NCBI RefSeq assembly: GCF_009914755.1 | Contig: NC_060932.1 | DNA: 64,000 nt | Reading direction: 5' to 3' (one strand) | Origin: the human T2T-CHM13v2.0 reference genome, Homo sapiens | Shown here: positions 55,631 to 64,000 of the stretch, one piece after another | Layout of the letters: every line of letters starts with the position of its first letter | Position numbering within the stretch: position 1 is the first letter of the stretch | Notes under the pieces: generated by a model | What the model was told of the DNA's origin: nothing | What the model saw: the letters and a program-made list of their open reading frames with translations, nothing else | Database searches by the model: none | Made by a program: the position numbers and the translations under genes

Positions 55631-56354
55631 CCATTGAGCTCTGGCAAATGCACATATCTATAAAACTCCTATAAAAATACAGAACTAACACTCAGAAAAG
55701 TTCTTCATGCTTCTCCTGAGTCACCTCCTCTAAAAATCTGTCCTGGGAATTTTTTTTTTTTTTTTTGCCGTAGATTACATTTGTCCATTCTGGAAATTTT
55801 TAACACAAGAATCACACTACATGTACTCTTTTGTGTAAGACTTTTAAAATTTAGCATACTGATATTGAGATTCATTCATGCTGCTGCATTTATCAGAGGT
55901 TTGCTTTCTTTATTTTCTTGCAGTATTCTGTTGAATAAATATACTGCAGTTCGTTCATCCACTCTCCTATTGATAGACATGTGGGCTGTTTTCAGTGTTT
56001 GGCTATCATTAGTAAAGCTTCTATGAGTGTTCATGTACAGCCTTTTTATAAACATATGTTTTCATTTCTCTTTGGTAAACACCAAGGAGTGATATTCCTG
56101 AGTCACAGGATATGTATATGTTTAGATTTATAGAAATCTGACAGATTCTTTTCCAAGGTGTTTGTCAAATTTTAGTAACTACCAGCAATGTATGAGAATA
56201 CTACCTGCTGTATGTATTCCTCATCATTTTATACTGTCACTTTAAAAAATTTTAGCTATACTAGTTGTAATATTTAACTATTATTAAATGTTATGTTTCC
56301 TGTTGAAAACTTTATGTGCTTATTTGATCATTTGTATATCTTTTTAATCTTTAA

Positions 56355-56682
<328 letters not shown>

Positions 56683-56967
56683 TATAATTTGGAGACCAGC
56701 CCTTAGTCAAATATAGTTCTTGTTATGTTTGTTCCTGTCTGTGACCTTTTAATTCATTTCTAAAAATTGTGTCTTTTAACAAGTAAAAATTTATAATTTT
56801 AAATAAATTTTAATTTATCAGTTTCTTTCTTTATGGTCATCATTTTCTAGGACCTAAGAAAAATTGCCTAACTGCAAATCACAAATATATTGTATGTTTG
56901 CTTCTAAGCTCTTCATAGTTTTAGCTTTTAGTTTTGGTCTGTTATGACCTTAAATTTGTGTATGTGC

Positions 56968-56969
<2 letters not shown>

Positions 56970-57009
<40 letters not shown>
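56970..57009. repeat. (TG)n microsatellite
   Basis: About 20 TG units. Confidence 0.95.
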
Positions 57010-57012
<3 letters not shown>

Positions 57013-58551
57013 TTGCTGGAGAAGTCAATATTCTTGTTTTTCCCTATTTATAGGCAATTATTCCAGTCCATTTTGATGAATTGTCTTTCTGGTGCTATTG
57101 GATTACTTTGGCACCTTCGGCCAAAATCAAATGACTATTTCTTGGCTCTCTATTCTATCTTATTCATCTATTTACAGTCTGTAAGCCATGGCCAAACTGC
57201 CTTGATTACTGCAGCTTTTTAGTATACTTTGAAGGCACAATGTGTAACTCTTCTAATCAGAATTGTTTATTTATTCTAGGTCCTTTGCATTTCTATATAA
57301 AACTTAGAGTCACCCTGGCAATTTCTATTAAAAGGCCCGCTGCAATTTTACTGAATTTCATTTTAACTTACTGACTCTATAGATAAGTTTGGAGAGAACT
57401 GACATCTCAGCAGTGTTGAGTATTCACGTTATAACTCATCTACTTTAATGTTTATCAACATCTTTTAAAGTTTTCAATGTGGAGCTCTCACCTGTCTTGT
57501 TAAATTTATTTCTTTATATTTACTATTTCTGGTGGTTATATAAGCTGAATTGTCTTTATTATTTCATTTTTCTATGATTTGTGTCTACAATATAAAAGCA
57601 AAATGGATTATTTTATTTAGGCTTTGGATTTGAGAAGCATTAGTAAATGAATTTATTGATTGTTTTGTAGAGTACTTAGAAATCTTCTAGGAAATTTACC
57701 ATCTTGTCATCTGAAAATATTGATAGTTTTGTCTTCCTCTCTGATTATTCTTTCTTTTATTTTTATACTTTATTTTATGACAATGGCTAGGACCTTCATT
57801 ACAATTTTACTGGAATGAGTGAGGGCAGCCTTACACTTTTCCTGATCTTAAAGGGAAAGTGTTCAGTATTAAATGATTAATATGACAGTACCTGTAGATT
57901 TGTCATTGATATACTTTATCAAATTAAAGTTCCTTGAAAAGTTTTTTGCAAGTATTCTGTCTGAATCCATTGAAATGTCGATATGGCAGTGTACACTGAT
58001 TTTTGTTCATTATACCTTATATATTATTTTATAATAAATTATTTTATTTAATTTGCCAATATCTTATTAAGGGTTTTTGAAATTATGTTACTGATGGCTA
58101 TTCTGTGTTTTTAGTTTTTGCAATAGATTTGTCAAATTTTGATGATAGATTATGTTGTGCTTCTGAGTTGGGAAATATTCTCTCCTGTATTTTCTTAAAA
58201 AAGTTATTTTCAAAGTGTTTGACAGAATTTACAAAGGAAACTGCATGTGCCTTGAGCATATTTGTGTGTATGTGTAGGAAAGAGGTTTTATAACCAATTC
58301 AAGTTTACTTATAAGGGGTTATTCAAAGTTTCTATTTTATCATGCATCAGTTTTAAATTACAGTTTTCAAAAAAAAATGTCTATTTCACTTAAGTTGCCC
58401 CCTTTTTTGGCATAAAGTGTTTCATAATATTATCTTATAATTTTTAAAAATGTAATAATTTATTTAGTGATAACTCTTTTTAAATTTCTATTATTGGTAA
58501 TTTGGGTTCTTCTTATATGATCAATCTAAAAGGGGCTATCAATTGTCGACC

Positions 58552-58877
58552 TTTTATTTATTTATTTATTTTTATTTTTTGTTTTTGTTTTTGAGACAGA
58601 GTCCTACTGTATTTCCCAGGCTGGAGTGCAGTGGTGCAATCATGGCTATTGCAGCCTCAACCTCCCAGTCTCTAGGCATCCTCCCACCTCATCCTCCTGA
58701 GTATCTGAGACTGAAGCCATGTGCCACCATGCCTGGCTAGTTTTTTAAAAACCTTTTTGTAAAGATGGGTTTTCGCCTTGTTGCCCAGGCTGGCCTCGAA
58801 CTCCAGGCCTCAAGCAATTCTCCTGCCTTGGCCTCCCAAAGTGTCAGGATTACAAGAGTGAGCCATCATACCTGACC
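58552..58877 (-). mobile_element. Alu (AluJ-type)
   Basis: (TTTA)n tail plus antisense dimer. Confidence 0.9.
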
Positions 58878-59424
58878 TGATTTTTCTTTAGCTTTGTGAA
58901 TAATTGTAATTGGTTGTCTATTTATTTCACTGATGTCTTTTATCGTTTGTATTATTTTCTTTATTATTCTTATTGAGTGTTTATTTTTCTCTGGTTATAG
59001 AAATATTTAATATTTTCTAAGTATTTAAAATATTGAAGTCATAGCATTTCTCTCAAGTCTTCATTTAGAAACATCTCAAAAGTCTTGATTTTTTTTATTA
59101 TCATTCATTTCAAAATATTTGATTTCTTCTGGGATTTCTTCTTTGAGTCATGAATTATTTTAGAGCATGTTATTTAATTACCAATGTTTGGATTTGTTTG
59201 ATTTTTTTAAAATGTATCTTTGGGCCAATCATTTGTGTATTTTGCAGTTTGTTATCTGATATTAACACAGCTATTCCAGCCTTATGTTTACTATATAAAT
59301 AAGATACTATTCTTTTATTCATTTCCTTTCAACATATCTGTGTCTTTACATTTAAGATGTATCTTTTGTAAGATGGAAATTAGTTTGGTCCTGATTTTTA
59401 ATGCCTTCTAATAATCTCTGATTT

Positions 59425-59514
59425 TTAATAGGAATGTTAACATTAACATTGAATGTTAATGTTATTATTTTTTAATAGGTTAACATTTAATGTTAATGTT
59501 ACCGTTCCTATTAA
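59425..59514. repeat. Inverted repeat (35-bp arms, 3 mismatches, 20-nt centre)
   Basis: ttaataggaatgttaacattaacattgaatgttaa / ttaacatttaatgttaatgttaccgttcctattaa. Confidence 0.9.
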
Positions 59515-59820
59515 CATTACATTAAATGTTATGATTGGCATGGTTGGAATTATTTCTTTTATGTTTATCTCCTCTGTTACTATCCTTTTTCCTTTGATCT
59601 TTGGCTTACTTTATTTTTCACTTTCCCTGCTGGCTTCTTATTAATCTCTTAACTTTGTAACAATGACTCTCTACATTAGATTTAATTTTCATTTTAGAGA
59701 TTGCAGCATATATTTACAATTAATCATTAAGTTATAGTTAATGTCATGTCATTTTATGTGAAATGTAAAAACATTGCAATAAGTTCATTTACAGACACTC
59801 CTTATTTGTGAAAAGTTGCC

Positions 59821-59869
59821 ATATATATATACATATACACATATATATGTGTGTATATATATGTATGTA

Positions 59870-59902
<33 letters not shown>
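59821..59902. repeat. Mixed TA/CA/TG microsatellite
   Basis: Alternating purine-pyrimidine tract. Confidence 0.9.
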
Positions 59903-60189
59903 CCCATGATGCATGACTATAATTTGGCTTTAAACATTTATATGTATCTTATGTGAAAATATGTTTTAGTTTATTCATTTATCACTTCTTATCTCTCCCT
60001 TTTTGTTACAGGTTCAGTTTTTTTCATGTGTTACAATTTCATTGAGACTAAAGAACTTTTACCAATTTTTGTAGCATAGATCTGTGGCAAAAATTCACTT
60101 CAGTTTTATTTTATCTGTAAGTCTTTGTCTTCCTTCTTGAAGGCTATTTTTGCTGCATATAAAATTCTGGGTTCGCCAATTTTCTGTAT

Positions 60190-60406
60190 GCTCCACCTTC
60201 TGGGTTCACGCCATTCTCCTGCCTCAGTCTCCTGAGTAGCTGGGACTACAGGCACCCGCCACCACGCCCAGCTAATTTTTGGTATTTTTAGTGGAGACGG
60301 GGTTTCACCATGTTAGCCAGGATGGTCTCGATCTCCTGATCTCGTGATCCACCCGCCTCAGCCTCCCAAAGTGTTCGGATTACAGGCTGAGCCACTACGC
60401 CCAGCC
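60190..60406 (-). mobile_element. AluY-like element lacking its 3' end and tail
   Basis: Y-type features (ttcacgccattctc, gttagccaggatggtctcgatctcctga). Flanked by ttttctgtat repeats. Confidence 0.85.
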
Positions 60407-62400
60407 GGTTTTCTGTATTTTTTTAAGAAAAGATGATGACTGATGATGTTCTCCTCTCTTCTGGCTCACATAGTCTCTAATGGAATGTTAATGGTTGTAC
60501 AAATTTCTGTTCCCCAGTATGTGTCGTGTTGTCTTTCTCTTGCTGGTTTTGAGATTTTGTCTTTATTTCTGATACTCTGCAATCCGACAGTGATGTGCAA
60601 AGGTGTGACTTTCTTCTCGTAAATGCTGTTTGATGTTTTCTGAACTTCTTGAAATTATAATTCATGTCTTTCTCCAAATTGGGTTCATTTTTTGCTACTA
60701 CTTTTCCATTTTTTTTTCTGATACCCTTTCTCCACTTTCCAGCACTCCACTTAATCAGTATGTTAGTCTTTTGATGTAATCTACATAGCTCTGAAGCTCT
60801 TTTTTTTCTGTCTCTTTTTCAGGTTAGGTAATTTCTATTAATCTCTCATTGAGTTTGTCAACTCTTTTATCAGTTTTGTTCTTATTTTAAGGATATCAAG
60901 TAAAACTTTTATCTAGGTAGTTTTTAGCTATAACATTTTCAATTTGTTTTTAAAAAATATAATTCCATTTATCTGCCACAGTTCTACATTTTTGCATGCA
61001 TTGCAAATAACTTTCTTTTACTTTGCTAAGCATAGTTATAGTAGCTGCTTTAAAAGTCTTATCTGTAATTTCAACTTCTAGATTAACTTGAGATAAGCCT
61101 CTGCTGATCATCTTTTCTCTTGACGATAGTTCAATGTTTCATGTTTCTTCATTGTGTAAATTTGAATTATGAACTGAACAATCTGAATGTTGTGTGAAAT
61201 GGACTCCAAATTCTGTTACGTTCTGCTGAAGAGTTCTCATATTTTCATTTTATTTGGAGATTAACTTTGTTGGACTTAAACGGCAAATTCTGTCTTTTGG
61301 GTGGCATCAAATTTTAGTTCAGTTGTTTTATTCTTAGCATGGCTACTTTTAATCTATCCTTCACATGTCATAGTTCAGGGAAAATTCTGAATTTGAGACT
61401 GAGTTTGTTTACAGAACTGAGGATTCTCCCCGCTCTCTCATTTTTTTCCATGATTACTGTGTACATTCCTGTTACTGTGATTACTCCAAACTCTGTTATA
61501 TGGCTTTTCAAATAAGAACAACTGTGGTTTTCTAGCAGAGTTTTATCCGTCCTCTATAAGGCAGACTTCAGCCTGACCTCAAGCTAAATGCTGTAAAACT
61601 GGAAACTTCATCTTATGCTGTGCCTTCTTCACCTCTCATGCTGTGCCTTCTCCCCTGAGCCTCCTTCCCTTTCCCAAAGGATGCTGACATCCCTTCAGAG
61701 TCTGCCTGCTTTTGCTCGGTACCTAGATCCTTTAGGTACTTTCTTTTTATGTATTATCCAGAACTAAATATTTATACATGGAATGTCTGTCTAGTAGTAG
61801 CTTATTCAGCCATAGGAGGAATGAAATGCTATATTTAGTTCATTTTAAACATTAGTTCACCATTTATTTTTTTGACCACTCCTAATATTCCAAATACTAT
61901 CTTAAAAACTGGAAGACACAAATAAATAAAAATGAAAAGTCCTTTTCCTATGGTAGTTCACAGGTAACCTTTGAAGACTGACATGAAATACATCATGGGT
62001 GAACAAATGATAATTGGTACACCAAATTGGGCATGTTTTCTATTAATGTATACCCCTTAATCTAAGAGTAATGTTCAAAATTTGGAATATTTGGAGTAAA
62101 AACAGCAGCAACAGTAACAAAAAATGAAACAAAGAACATGTAATAGCAGCCACATATATGGCCAATATACCCTCGAATGCTTATTGTCTTCACCTGTACA
62201 GAAAAAGTTTGCTACATTTTTATTATGTAGCAAACATGAAAATGAATATCTTTTGAAGTGTGAAATACACCTTATGAAGGGATCTCAAAATCTGCTTGAT
62301 GGAGTCAGGATGTGTGTTTTGCACTGAGTTTTGAAGAACTTCTAGAAGATTCTTATGTTCAGGTTGGGATCAAGAAGTGGCCATGGGTAGTCCAAAAAGA

Positions 62401-62567
62401 TGTTCAAGAAAAAATTATTCAGTGACAGTTGTTAAAGCACTGTAAGGCAGGCTTTATTCAGGCCCATCACTATAGATATAGAGACCACTGCAATGGTAGG
62501 GTCTTGCCATGGGGGAGAGAGATTGGGCTCAATTCCAAATACAGCATGGGTAGTGTGAATTTATTAT
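62401..62567 (-). mobile_element. ERV1 LTR fragment (MER31-like)
   Basis: aaaaattattcagtgacagttgttaaagcac...gagagagattgggctcaattccaaatacagcatggg. Confidence 0.6.
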
Positions 62568-62900
62568 AATTAATACATATTACTTTTATCTAAATATGTA
62601 GCTGTTAGGTTACTATATATTAAGACGTACTCGCCACATATATCTTATGATGTGATGAATATAAGACATATTCATCACATTTATTAATGCATGTTTTTTG
62701 CATTAATTTTGATCTCTGATTTTTGCTTAGATAACATTTTCTCCAAGCTATTTTAAAAATACTGCTTTGCTAAAACTGCCAGAATCTATTTTCTAGCTTC
62801 TCTACAGTCTTTATGAACCATGATATTTAACTAGAAAGGCTCTTCATATGAGTGGGCTTGATTTTGCTTTACTATTTCTAGCGGAAGAGGATCTTGCTGA

Positions 62901-63128
<228 letters not shown>

Positions 63129-63514
63129 TGATGTGATTTTGAAACCCTGTTCTAGCTGTACAAGCTGTTTCAGAAAGTACTACATCAGAAATAAGCTCTG
63201 AATTGATTACTCTCACTGAAAAATTATAGTATAAAAATACGATTGTGTGGACCCTAACCTCTTACTGCCTAACAAGCAAATCAATGACTGCTAATATAGC
63301 TTTGCTTTTCCTAAACTGATTTCTGTACACTCAATATGGTGTTAAGTCTAGGAGAGGGTAAAGCAGGACACCAAAAATATAAGGCACCTTATGAGGCTGT
63401 GATCAAGCTAAACGGATAAAATCTGAAGCTATGAAACAACTTTAAAATCTCCATTAATTGATCCTTATGTGATTCTCATCCCCTTGCCCGGTTTTTCTGA
63501 CGCACCAATGTTGA

Positions 63515-64000
<486 letters not shown>

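Overview
Primate (very probably human) genomic DNA from the ADAM28-ADAMDEC1-ADAM7 cluster. It contains the last three coding exons and 3' UTR of ADAMDEC1 (+, ending ~5140), a ~35 kb repeat-rich intergenic stretch, and the promoter and coding exons 1-4 of ADAM7 (+, ATG 40237). ADAM7 intron 3 holds a full-length, inactivated antisense L1PA3/4-type LINE-1. The main observations are: (1) a ~84%-identical duplicate of the ADAM7 intron1/exon2 junction upstream of exon 1, forming a 102-nt cryptic exon with intact acceptor and donor; (2) an open L1 ORF0 whose +191 splice donor is in frame with ADAM7 exon 4; (3) a near-perfect androgen response element ~190 bp upstream of the ADAM7 ATG; (4) a ~755-bp-arm L1 inverted repeat whose arms share non-consensus variants; (5) a likely frameshift origin for the ADAMDEC1 truncated disintegrin tail; (6) a TSD-flanked retrocopy of an ERV LTR R-region and several near-perfect hairpins. 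Gene and repeat identities come from recognising the sequence from memory, not from database searches. Repeat boundaries are approximate.
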